DNA of 64,000 bases, from contig ML992515.1 of assembly GCA_010093995.1 (NCBI GenBank), forward strand, positions 115,533 to 179,532. Direction: 5' to 3'. This DNA is from Elsinoe ampelina (taxonomy: Eukaryota). The position numbers were made by a program, and so were the translations under genes. Of this stretch, positions 49,905-60,532 are shown one piece after another. Under the pieces are notes generated by a model. It saw only the letters and a program-made list of their open reading frames with translations. It did not search any database and was not told where the DNA came from. Within the stretch, counting starts at the first letter, position 1. Each line of letters starts with the position of its first letter.

Positions 49905-51013
49905 TCACTCCGCGCCCTCAACCTTCTGAGCACCAGGGGTGACGGCCTTCTCCATCTTCTCAACCCACTGAGTCTTCTCAACCTCGACCTCAGACCCATG
50001 CTTGCCTGGAGTATCCGGGTTGGCGTTGAAAGTCGTCTCAACTTCTTCGGTAGCCTGGAGGTCGACCTTGCCAGCATCTTCAGCGTGGTCGTACTGGTGC
50101 TTGCCGGGAGTCTCAGGCCCGCCGCCGAGAGGGTCAACATCGTCGAAGGCAGCAGCTCCTTTGATGGCGCCAAAGTCGTCGACGGCGGCGATGGCGTCCT
50201 CCTTCTGCTCCATGTCCTTGGGATTACCAGCAGCGTCGTCCTCTTCACCCTCTCCTTTGCCTTTCATGCCGCTGCTCTTGCGCTTGGGGTCAGTCTTCTT
50301 CTCTTCTTCGACATAATCAGGGGCAGCATCCTCGTCTTCTTCCTCCTGCTTGACCTTCTTGCCACCACGCTTGGCCTTGACTGGAGTCTTCTTCTTCTCC
50401 TCTTCAGTGTACTCCTCAGCGGCATCTTCGTCATCTTCCTCGCTGACCTTCTTTGCGCTCTTCGCAGGTGCTTTCTTCTTGGCTGCTGCCTTCTTGGTCT
50501 TGGTACCAGGAGTCTCGACGGCGGAGGTGTCGGCGGTCTCAGTATTGGTCATCTCTTCGTCGGCGTCGGCCCCCTCATCTTCCGCGCTGGCTTCGACATG
50601 CTCCTCAGTCTTGGCCGGCTTACCAGTAGCCTTCTTCCCACCTTTACCTTTGGCAGCAGTGCTCTTGCCCTTTTTGGCTGCAGCGGGCTTGGTCTCGTCG
50701 TCGTCGCCGGGTTGTTCGACAGCGTCGCTCTTGCGCTTGCGACCGCCCTTCGCGACAGCCTTTGTAGGAGCTTTGGTCTCGCCACCATCTGAAGCGTTAC
50801 CAGCATCGAATGCCTTCTTGAGCCTGCCGAAGTACTGGCTATGTCATGTTAGTGACTGAGCCGAATCGAAACGGCGTGAACATACCTTGCTGCGCTGGCG
50901 GTCTTTCCAGGAATTTGTTCGACCGCCTTGGCAAAGATACCCTGCTCTGCGGCTCCAGCGATGGCCAACGTCATGAGAAGGGTCTTCTCCTCGTCTGCGG
51001 TCCAGGGTGCCAT
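49905..51013 (-). CDS. Small Myb/SANT-like N-terminal domain plus long Lys/Glu/Ala-rich disordered tail (2 exons)
   Basis: MAPWTADEEKTLL...IPGKTASAA, an intron at about 50886-50842, then QYFGRLKK. The tail has an NLS-like GGRKRKS and alternating basic and acidic blocks. Confidence 0.65.
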
Positions 51014-51602
51014 CTTGATGGTGGGTGGGAGCTATGTGAACGCTGTCGTCAGCTTGATGCACCTTGGTTATGAATTGATCGTTGGTACCTATTGAACAAG
51101 TTGATTGCTTGGAGTAGCGTGTGTTGGCGGTGATCGATATCAGTGCTGCTATTGTGGTGACGAAGGTTTCGAACAGGTAATGCAGAGGATGTGAAGTGGT
51201 TGAAGGAGGAAGGGAGAATCGGGGTGTGAAAGGTACCTTTATAGACGACCAGACCCAATGTGAACTAGTCGGCATGTGATGATTATCCAGACTGGAGGTG
51301 ATTGTCAAGGTGAGGTGAGAAGAACAAGAGCTCTGCAAGTGGAATTGATTGCTGCACATCAAGCATGTGAAATTTGAGGCGGAGACAATCACTCACCGAG
51401 CTCGATAACTTCACATGTCGCGGTACTGGCATTCCAGGGCTGTTCCCTTGACTTGGCTAGAGGTAATAGCCGCTAGACCGTGGCTCCTTTACATGCTCTT
51501 GATTTTTATACATGCGCCCTGTCTGTCTTTCGGACGCTCATGCTACCCACATGGAGCTCTGTGATGTCACGCCCTTGTTGAATCTTCATCTCTCCATTCC
51601 AC

Positions 51603-53110
51603 TCATTCTCTCACACCATGAGCATACTGCGCCCTCGCCGCCTGCGCCTGCTGTGCCCTCTGCACCCTCTGCACCTTCGCCTGAGCGTAGTTCACCATTG
51701 CTTGTAGGCACTCTTCCTTTGTCTTCCCACTCGCCACACATGTTCTGAACACCTTGCGAATCTTCCTGTAGCGTCGGCTTCCGCGGGCTGGAGCCCCGGT
51801 GCCGGTTGGACCAGGGCGGGTGGCTGTGACTGTCCTCGTTTCGGTACAGGTGGCAGTGGGCTCTTCCGTTGGTACAGGAGTAGGCTCGCTTGGAACCGGC
51901 TCTGTCGGGGTAGGGATGGGGTCTGTAGGCTCTGGAGGAGCTGGTGCAGAAGCTGTGGGCTCGGCAGTCGGTTCCGGTGATGGTTCGGGAGATGGTTCGG
52001 GAGGCGGTTGGGGCGATGGCGCTGAAGAGGGTGCGACAGGGGCAGATGTACTGGTCGGAGGCGGCACTGGTACTGGCGCAGCAGTCGTTGAGGGTACTGG
52101 TGCTTCAGTGACCACAGGTAATGTACCAGGAGCTCGAGACACCTCACCCGCGCCTGCACCTGGCGTAGTGGCAGCCACTGGATCTTCTGGTGCAGCGTCG
52201 ACTACTGGCACTGCAGGAGAGACGGGCGAGGGCGTCGTCGACGGCGAGGGAGCTGGCCTGGGTGATGGAGCTGGCACAGGCGCAGGTGCCGGAGTCGCAG
52301 CTCCACCAGCACCAGCGCCAAGCGGCGGACCAGGTATAGTGTAGTTCTTTGTCACATCGTAGAACACCTGAATCTTGATTGAGGGTTCGTTCGCATCGTA
52401 GAAAGTAGTCGGTGATGTCCCCTCGTCAAATGTCTTTGGGCCCGGTCCGGTGACCTCAAAGTTGATACAAGAAGGGTAGCTCTGTGCACCGTTCTGGTTG
52501 ACTGCACCTTGTAAAGCGATGATCTCGTGGCGGAGGACGTAATTGCCAGTAGAAATGTCTGTGGGTAGCTTCATGACCCAGGTGTTGTTGTTGTCAATCA
52601 GCGTATCGGTCGCCCAATGCATCGGTTTGGCTGAGTGCAGCCCATCTTCGTCAATCTTGGTGAACTTGAGGGCTTTCTTGTCTACGGTCTTGCAGTCGCC
52701 TTTGCAATTAGCGATGTAGGTGATGACGGGACCGCTACGATGATGTCAGTCAAGCTGGTAGTACTCTTCGAATGGCAGACATGCGGATGAAGGCGTGGCC
52801 ATTCCGTCCAATGCAGCGTCATCTCGTCACCTGCAGTGGCCTTGATCGATGCTTGTCCGGGTGTGGCGCCGATGTGACAGATCATGTCGTCGGATTGATA
52901 GTCGCTGACATAACCATTGTTCTTGTTGTTCGGAATAGACCAGCCTGCCACAACCGGCCTATCCTGAGGCTGCCACCATTGAGTAAGGATGTCATAGCCC
53001 TTATATCGCTGGCCATTCACTACAATTTCGTGAACAAATCCGTGCGCCGAAGACAGTGGTATGCAGCTTGAAGCGGCGAGGACGCCCAGCGTCAAAGAAG
53101 AGAAGTGCAT
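51603..53110 (-). CDS. AA9 lytic polysaccharide monooxygenase with long Pro/Thr/Ala/Glu linker (2 exons)
   Basis: Signal peptide followed by His1 (HGFVHEIVVNG). Also DMICH, WPRLH-PGPVITY, KFTKID, GNYVLRHEIIAL and AQSYPSC. Intron at 52784-52735. Confidence 0.93.
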
Positions 53111-53771
53111 GACTGTGAAACTGGTAGCGAAGAGAACGTGCGCGTCGAGCGCTGTAAAGAAGCGAATTGACTAAACGAAAGACTTTGAAGGTGGACCTTT
53201 ACGGTGAGAAAAGGACGGGGCAAGGAAAGCAAAGAGCAGGAAGAGCTCTAGGACGTTTTCACCGGAACCATCATCATGGAAGTCAACATCAAGGGGTCTG
53301 ATCAGTGGCGGGTGATCTGTGCCAAGCTGCATCGTTCGTGCATAGCGAGATGACTGGGACAACTTCTGAAACCGAAGCTAGCTTCGACAAGAAGACATGA
53401 CTGAACAATCCTTGGATACTCGACCTCAAGTTTTCAGGCGGTGGATCGGAACAATGGTGAGCGAAGCCTGGGAGGCACGAGAGCTTGAGCAAAGGTGCGC
53501 TGTCGCAATGATTATTTTGCCCTCTGCCAGCCGGACTCTATGAGGCTTTTGACACTTGACGGTGGGATAGCGACAAGGGATGGCTGAAACGAAAGGAGTT
53601 TTAAAGGGTGGATTTTGACAGGATCCGGCCAAGGGGCGGGGTGGAGCCAACAGGGAGGTGGTCCCGTCTTGGCGGACAGAGCCGCATCACCGCACGACCA
53701 TGCTTGAGCGGACTGAGCATCTGAGACAGAGGACATAAAAAACGACAGTCAATGGAATCAACTTCGAGAGT

Positions 53772-55099
53772 CTAAACCCCTGCCTCTTCGATCCTGGCTC
53801 CCCAATACTTCCAAGCTCCCTCAATATACAGATCCGGCTTGCCATTCGTACCAGTGATGAGAATTTCATCTCCACCCTTCGGATGGAACCAGGTTGCCCA
53901 GTTCTCGACGCCCAATGTCAGATGCAACGAGCCTTCGACTTCGTGGTTAGGCTCATACTCTCGGACCGGCTTCTGGCCCCTGATCAAGGACATGAGGTTT
54001 GCAACGACAACGTGGACTTGAGTCAGGGCCGCTCTTGCCATCTTAGGACCAGGCGTCTCCGCCACGTCGCCAACGGCAAAGATTCGAGAGGAGTACTCCT
54101 TACTTGAGAGCTGAAGGGTTGGGTGTACAAGCAGGCGTCCAGTAGAAGCGGAGATGGCTTCAGGTGCAAGCGATGAGAGAACCCTCGAGTTGGGCGATTG
54201 GCCTGTGCATGGGATCTAGCAGAGTCAGAGAAGGTCGATCAATGTGCGCGATACTGGAAGCATACCACCAAATCATAATTGACGATCCCGCCATCACCAA
54301 ATGAAAGGGACTGACCCAATCCTTTCCGGTCCATGAGCTCATCACCGCAGGGAATCGTCTTGGGCCGCTCATTGAGGATCACTTCAATGCCCAGCTTTTT
54401 AACTTCGGCGAGGGCATGAGCTTGGAGCTTTGGACCGAAGCGTTGCAAGATAGCACTGCGAGAATGGACGAGCGTGACTTGCTTTTGGGGGTAGAAGTAC
54501 TTGATGTCGCAAGCAATCTCAACACCGACGGCGCCAGCTCCGACGATTGCGATCCGCTGTGATGACTTGATGGATTCCTGGAAGACTTGTAGCTCTTCGC
54601 AAGCCAACTTTCGGTCCGAGGCGAGGAGCTTTGCGGGAGGTGTCTGAGTAGCACCCGTAGCGACCACTAGATAGGAGTACGGAATGGTCTGCCCATCGGA
54701 AAGCGTTACACAGTCGGAGTCAACATCGGTGATCTCTCCTCGGACGTGTTGCCAGATGCCCCTTGGAGCAGAATCGGTGATGCCAGTGTACGGGAGGAAA
54801 GCCTTGTGCTCATGACCTTGAAGCACAGAGTACCGAGGAAAGTTGAACGTGTAGTTGAAGTGTGAGTTCCTCTCGATCATGATCACCCGATAACCTGATG
54901 GCAATCGATGGACCAGCTGACGAGACAGCTCAAATCCAGCAAACGAGCCACCGAGAAGAACGACATTCTTCGGACTGGCCGTCGCACGCCAGGTTTTACT
55001 ATGTATCCAGGCTCGAAGTCTTCTCCACAGATCTTTTGGTGGTTGAGTGAGATAGTATCTCAAATACAGGTAATAGAGTCTTAATTTGCCTGTGAGCAT
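53772..55099 (-). CDS. AIF/AMID(FSP1)-like pyridine nucleotide-disulfide oxidoreductase (2 exons)
   Basis: NVVLLGGSFAG, YLVVATGA, IAIVGAGAVGVEIA and VTLVHSR; after the intron, IPCTGQSPNS, IFAVGDVA and GPKMARA. Confidence 0.88.
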
Positions 55100-55607
55100 G
55101 ATTGGCTTTCGACGTGCTCGGTGGCTTCAGGGTTTCGATCTGATTAGATTTCTGAGCAGAATCGATCAGATCAGATAACTTAGAGAAAATCGCGGACTTT
55201 TCATGTCAAGGTGCGGCTGAGTCGGGTCAGTCCGGCATCGGCATCCTCATGCTGTTCCTCGTCTCTGTTCGGGATAGCGTCAACACCTTTCATACAACTC
55301 TACTCCAACGACTCGTACGATTGTTTATCAGTAACAACATCAACAACAGGATTTGCTTGCAGTATTGAACCTGACGACCGATACTGACCCAGCAGTCGCA
55401 TCAACATTGCAGCTAACAGGTAAGTCCACAAAGACCCACAGCTTCCTTATCCGGAGGGGCATTGGATCCGATTAGCCGCATGACAGCGGGCCTGACAGCG
55501 TCCTGTTTACAACGCGCCGATGTGATGACAACAGCTGTGTCGATGACGTGACGAGCATCTCAACATTTCCTGTTAGACGGGCTGAATGATTGTCGAGTCT
55601 GTTCAAT

Positions 55608-56774
55608 ATGGCACAGGGCTACTGCGATTCACGTTTCGTGGCCATCAAGGATGCCTTTACGAAGAATCTCGAGGCTAATCTCGATCTCGGCGCCTCCTTT
55701 GTTGTGAATGTAAATGGTGAGAATGTAATCGACCTCTGGGGTGGGCACATGGATGCGGCCAGGACGAAGCCGTGGATCAAAGACACCATCACCACCATCT
55801 GGTCGACTACCAAGACAATCACATCTCTCGCCGCCCTGCTACTCATCGACCGGGGTATCATCGCTCCTTTGGACCCTGTAGCGAAATATTGGCCTGAATT
55901 TGCCCAGCGAGGTAAACAGAATGTCCTCATCTCGCACCTCCTAAGCCACCAGTCTGGCCTCTCAGGCTGGGAGGCACAGGTGTTCTTCGAGGACATCTTG
56001 GACGTTCCGCGAAGCACAAAGTTGCTTGAGAGGCAAGCTCCGTGGTGGGAGCCAGGTACTGGATCTGGCTACCATGCCGTCACATTCGGTCACCTCATTG
56101 GAGAGGTAGTTCGACGAGTAACGGGCAAGACCCTTGGCCAATTCATCACAGAGGAGCTCGCTACACCACTTGGAGCAGACTTCAGGCTTGGTTGCCCGGA
56201 TAGCGAAGTAGACAGGATGGCCGAGGTTGTACCCGCTCCACCGTCCACGAACTATGAGGGGACTGGCGCTGGTCATCTGACGCCAAACAGTGTTGCAGTC
56301 AAGACCTATACCGGTCCGCCTTTGGATGCAGGTATAGCTCTCACGGAGGAGTGGAGAAAGAGCGAGGTCGGCTCGGCCAATGGTATCAGTAACGCTAGAG
56401 GAGTCGCCAAGCTGCTCTCTGTCATCGCCAATAACGGAGTGGTAAATGGACAACGGTACCTAAAGCAAGAGACCATCGATCTGATCTTTCAGGAGCAAAG
56501 CTACACTCTCGATCATGTCGCTGCGACGAAAATCAGGTTTGGTCTTGGCTTTGCATTAGCTGCTGAGAACAATCCCACCGGCATTCTGCCTCAGGACCAC
56601 AAGCTGGCTTACTGGGGCGGATGGGGTGGCAGTCTAGGCATCATTGATATGGACCACAACATGAGCATCGGCTATGTAATGAACAGGATGGAGCTTGGAA
56701 AATTTGGCAACACTGCTGGCAGGCAATACGTCACCGAGCTCTATAAGATACTGAATCAGCAGGCCCAAGGATAG
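55608..56774 (+). CDS. Serine hydrolase of the beta-lactamase class C / EstB family
   Basis: The SxxK motif WSTTK, LLSHQSGL, PWWEPGTGSGYHA and WGGWGGS. The coding region has no intron. Confidence 0.9.
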   Translation: MAQGYCDSRFVAIKDAFTKNLEANLDLGASFVVNVNGENVIDLWGGHMDAARTKPWIKDTITTIWSTTKTITSLAALLLIDRGIIAPLDPVAKYWPEFAQRGKQNVLISHLLSHQSGLSGWEAQVFFEDILDVPRSTKLLERQAPWWEPGTGSGYHAVTFGHLIGEVVRRVTGKTLGQFITEELATPLGADFRLGCPDSEVDRMAEVVPAPPSTNYEGTGAGHLTPNSVAVKTYTGPPLDAGIALTEEWRKSEVGSANGISNARGVAKLLSVIANNGVVNGQRYLKQETIDLIFQEQSYTLDHVAATKIRFGLGFALAAENNPTGILPQDHKLAYWGGWGGSLGIIDMDHNMSIGYVMNRMELGKFGNTAGRQYVTELYKILNQQAQG

Positions 56775-56808
56775 AGATTGCCAGCTTCGCAGCTCTCAAT
56801 GGACTCCC

Positions 56809-58275
56809 TCATGGTACCAAGCTAGGCAAGGCATGCTTGAACACGTTGTGTGGGTCCTTTTTCCTCTTCAATGTCTTCAAGAACCTTGCATTCTCATTCC
56901 CAAACAACTTTTCCAAGCCTCTCAGCTCCCCCCCCGGTGTCATCGGCAGCCACTGGCATTCAAGCACCTCCTCTGGCGCCTTCTCTAAAACTTCATTCAT
57001 GAAGTTTTTCCTCCAGACGGTTACTGCTTTCAAATCCTCCTTCTCGACTGCACAGGCGATAATTTCCAGAATATAGTGCGGCTCCCTTGCCCCAAATATA
57101 GACGGGAGGGACTTTTCCTCCTGAATTGAAGGAGACGATGCTCTCAGCTCATGCCACGTCACTAGACACCCAAGTGCGGCTGGCATGAGACCACATTGTC
57201 GCTTGATCACATCCAGGAGGCTTTGGCTGACTGTCCGTACGTTGATCGATCGAGCACTAACATATGCATGAGACACAGCCAGAGCCGCCGCAGCTGCGAA
57301 AAGCCCAGGAACGTTGCACGACACGACCTGATTCATCAGTACCGGTGCCAGAGACAGTATCTTCTCAAGGTATTTCTGCCCTCGCTCGATATCAGGTGAT
57401 GCCCAGCAGAAGACGACACCAAACACTAGACCGAACGGGCTGTTGGCGTATGCTGGCTGAACGTCGATCTCGTCCGGCAGGTCACCAGCGGCTTTCATTG
57501 CTTCAATACCTTGGTGCACCTTCTGGATAGTGTTCGCGTAATCAGTGGATTCGAATATGATGTTGCCAGCCAGGATCTGGAGCGTCAGTCACGTCGGATC
57601 GACCAGGGAAGACGTACCTTATTGAACGGGTATATCTTGATGGTCGCTTCAACAACGACGCCAAAGTTGCCACATGCGCCTCGAATGTCCCTTATTGTAT
57701 CATCGTCGGCTTCGACAATCAGGCCGGCTGCGTTGACGATCTTGGCGGAGAGAAGATGGTCCATCCCGAGACCGTATTTGGCTGCCATCTGACCGTAGCC
57801 CCCAGTTGTCGCCCAGCCTGTATATCCGACGCTATAAAGAGTCAGGGACGGTCTGATACAGTGTCGGGGTCCACGCTTGCGTTTCAATGTTGCCGGTCGG
57901 AGTGACGCAGCCGTGCTGATCGAGCACCTCGATGAGTTTCTCGAAGAGAATACCGCCTCCAATAACGGCTTTTCCAGCAGCCTTTTCGACTGAGACATGG
58001 TTCAACTCGCGGATGTCGATGACGAGACCGCCTTCGACAAGTTGCCGGCTGAAGATATCATGCCCGCCAGCACGCACCGTGAACTCGACGGAGTGCTGCG
58101 CGGCGAATCCTACCAAAGCAGCTACTTCCGTTGCATCTTTTGGAATCGCTATGACTGCTGGCTGAACACGAGAATTGAGCGAGTAGTTCGATCGTCTCGA
58201 CTCGAAATGCTCGGAGTTGGGAAGTAGGAGCTCAATGGAGGGTAGCTCGGCTGCGAGCTGGGCCGCGAAGGACAT
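56809..58275 (-). CDS. FAD-linked oxidoreductase (VAO/BBE-like; 3 exons)
   Basis: FTVRAGGH (covalent-FAD His motif), LVIDIR, VGYTGWATTGGYG, RGACGNFGVV and C-terminal LKRKKDPHNVF. Confidence 0.9.
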
Positions 58276-58964
58276 TTTTCAAAGTCTACAGAGGCGCAAT
58301 AGAGATTGGTCAAAGAATCCATGGTGTCCTACTGCACCTACTTGTACGTATATGCACCGTTGTGCAGTGGTCTTGGCCCCAGGAGCACGCCCGTCAGCTT
58401 ATGTTCTAGTGCTGAGGCGCCCGGAGCCTAATCCACACGGGCGCAGGACCGAGCTATCCATACAAACACGATTCCGATCGTGCTTGATTTGTATGCCTGA
58501 CAGATCTATCCTTGATCAGGGGAAGGGGAACGTCAAAGGAAGGGGAGGAGTAAAGATACGCGCTAGTCCAAAAGAGGAAATGCAAATACCACCTGCTTCA
58601 CGATACCCTCGCCTCTCATTCTCATTGCAAAGACATCAGATGCGACGCAAAAACATCCGTGAATCACAGATATATCACCATGTCAATCAAGAAACAGATC
58701 CCGGTTCTTGTATGATGTTTTGTAGTGGTCGTTGTCAGCGTAGTGAGGTGCGATATCTGGAAGTTTCGAGCAAGTCCCTGAGATCGGACCACCCTTGACG
58801 GTCCCACCATACAAGTTCACGATGCCTGTGTATCTTCCTCACCAAGCTCCAGTCCCTTTTCTTTCATTTATCGGCGTGTATTGTTCCGTATCCCTACCTT
58901 TCATTCCTCTTGAACGGCGTTTTACGGTACGAGGGCTTTCACAGAATCACGAAGTAAGTGAGCA

Positions 58965-60296
58965 ATGCCTCAAGACCTCGAGGCTCCCACACCACCAGCG
59001 GACGAGACTACCCCACTCCTATCCCAACAGCAACTCGACTCCTCTGAATTCGAAGCCGGTCTCACCAAAACCCAACACCTCGAACGCGATGACTTTCCTG
59101 AAGGAGGTCTCAAAGCCTGGTTCGTCGTACTCGGCAGCTGGTGCGCCATGACCGCCGCCTTCGGCCTCCTCACCTCTATGGGGGTCATGCACGCCTGGCT
59201 AAGCACCCACCAGCTCAAAGACCACACCTACGCCCAAACAGGCTGGATCTTCAGCACCTTCACCTTCCTCGTCTACTTCGGCAGCGTCCAAATCGGTCCC
59301 ATCTTCGACACCTACGGCCTCCGCGTCACTCTCATCCCAGGCTGCATCGGCCTCGTCATCTCCCTCTTCCTCCTCTCCATCTGCCAAGTCTACTGGCAAT
59401 ACATGCTCGCCTGGGGCATCCTAGGCGGCCTCTCCGCCAGCCTGATCTTCACCCCCGCCATCGTCAGCGTAGGCCACTGGTTCAAAGACCGCCGCGCCCT
59501 CGCCACGTCCATCGCCCTCACCGCCGGCTCCTTCGGCGGCTGTCTCTACCCCGCCATCATCCTGCACTTCGAACGCACCATCGGCTTCAACCGCTCCATC
59601 CAGCTCGTCGGCATCATCTGCCTGATCCTCTGCCTCATCGCCACAGCACTAGTCGACACCCGTCTCCCACCCAACACCAAAGCCGGCGCGACCATCGACC
59701 TTTTCGCCCTGAAGGACAAGCTCTACGCAACCACCACCCTCGCCATCTTCCTCCTCGAACTCGCCCTCTTCATCCCAATCACGTACATCACCTCCTACGC
59801 TCTCACGCAAGGCCTCGATCCCACCTTCGCCTACTCCCTCGTCATCTACCTCAACGCCGGCTCCGTCGTCGGCCGCGCCGCGACAGGCTGGTTCGCAGAC
59901 CGCTACGGCCGGTTCCGCGTCATGATCCTGACCTCCCTAGCCTGCACCGTAATCACACCGCTCTGGCTCTTCGCCGGCTCCGATCCGGGGAGGCTCATAG
60001 CGTACGCCGTGGCGTTCGGGGTAGCGAGCGGGAGTATAGTCGCCGTGACGCCGGTTTGTATCGCGCAGATATGTCTGACGGAGGATTACGGCAAGAGGTA
60101 CGGGACGACGTATTTTGTGGTTAGTTTTGGGACGTTGGTCGGGGTGCCGCTTGCTGGGGCGATACTGGATACGGCGGGAGGGGGGAATTATGCCGGGTTG
60201 ATTTGGTTTTGTGGTGCGGTTTGGGCGGCGGGGACGGGGGCGTTTGTGTTGGCTATGGGGGTTGCTACGAGGGGGACTTGGAGGACGAAGTTTTAG
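58965..60296 (+). CDS. MFS monocarboxylate porter family transporter (Mch5-like)
   Basis: FPEGGLKAWFVVLGSW, GPIFDTYG, VGHWFKDRRALA, WFADRYGR and EDYGKRYG, with about 12 TM segments. Confidence 0.9.
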   Translation: MPQDLEAPTPPADETTPLLSQQQLDSSEFEAGLTKTQHLERDDFPEGGLKAWFVVLGSWCAMTAAFGLLTSMGVMHAWLSTHQLKDHTYAQTGWIFSTFTFLVYFGSVQIGPIFDTYGLRVTLIPGCIGLVISLFLLSICQVYWQYMLAWGILGGLSASLIFTPAIVSVGHWFKDRRALATSIALTAGSFGGCLYPAIILHFERTIGFNRSIQLVGIICLILCLIATALVDTRLPPNTKAGATIDLFALKDKLYATTTLAIFLLELALFIPITYITSYALTQGLDPTFAYSLVIYLNAGSVVGRAATGWFADRYGRFRVMILTSLACTVITPLWLFAGSDPGRLIAYAVAFGVASGSIVAVTPVCIAQICLTEDYGKRYGTTYFVVSFGTLVGVPLAGAILDTAGGGNYAGLIWFCGAVWAAGTGAFVLAMGVATRGTWRTKF

Positions 60297-60532
60297 CGGT
60301 TAGGGGCTTTGGTCTGGGTAAGCAGATGGTTGAGCGTTTGGCGACGGAGGGAAAGTGTAATGTGTTTACGATGTTCTGATCCAATGATATTTGCATCGAG
60401 AAAGAGTCATGCGGCGCCGTAATGCGACCTAGTCTCTCGGCATATCATGCTCTTGGTCTGCCATCTGATGACTCAAGCGCTTACGGGCGTTGATCTGAGC
60501 TATCTGATTCCAATGTGCTCTTTCTGATTGTT

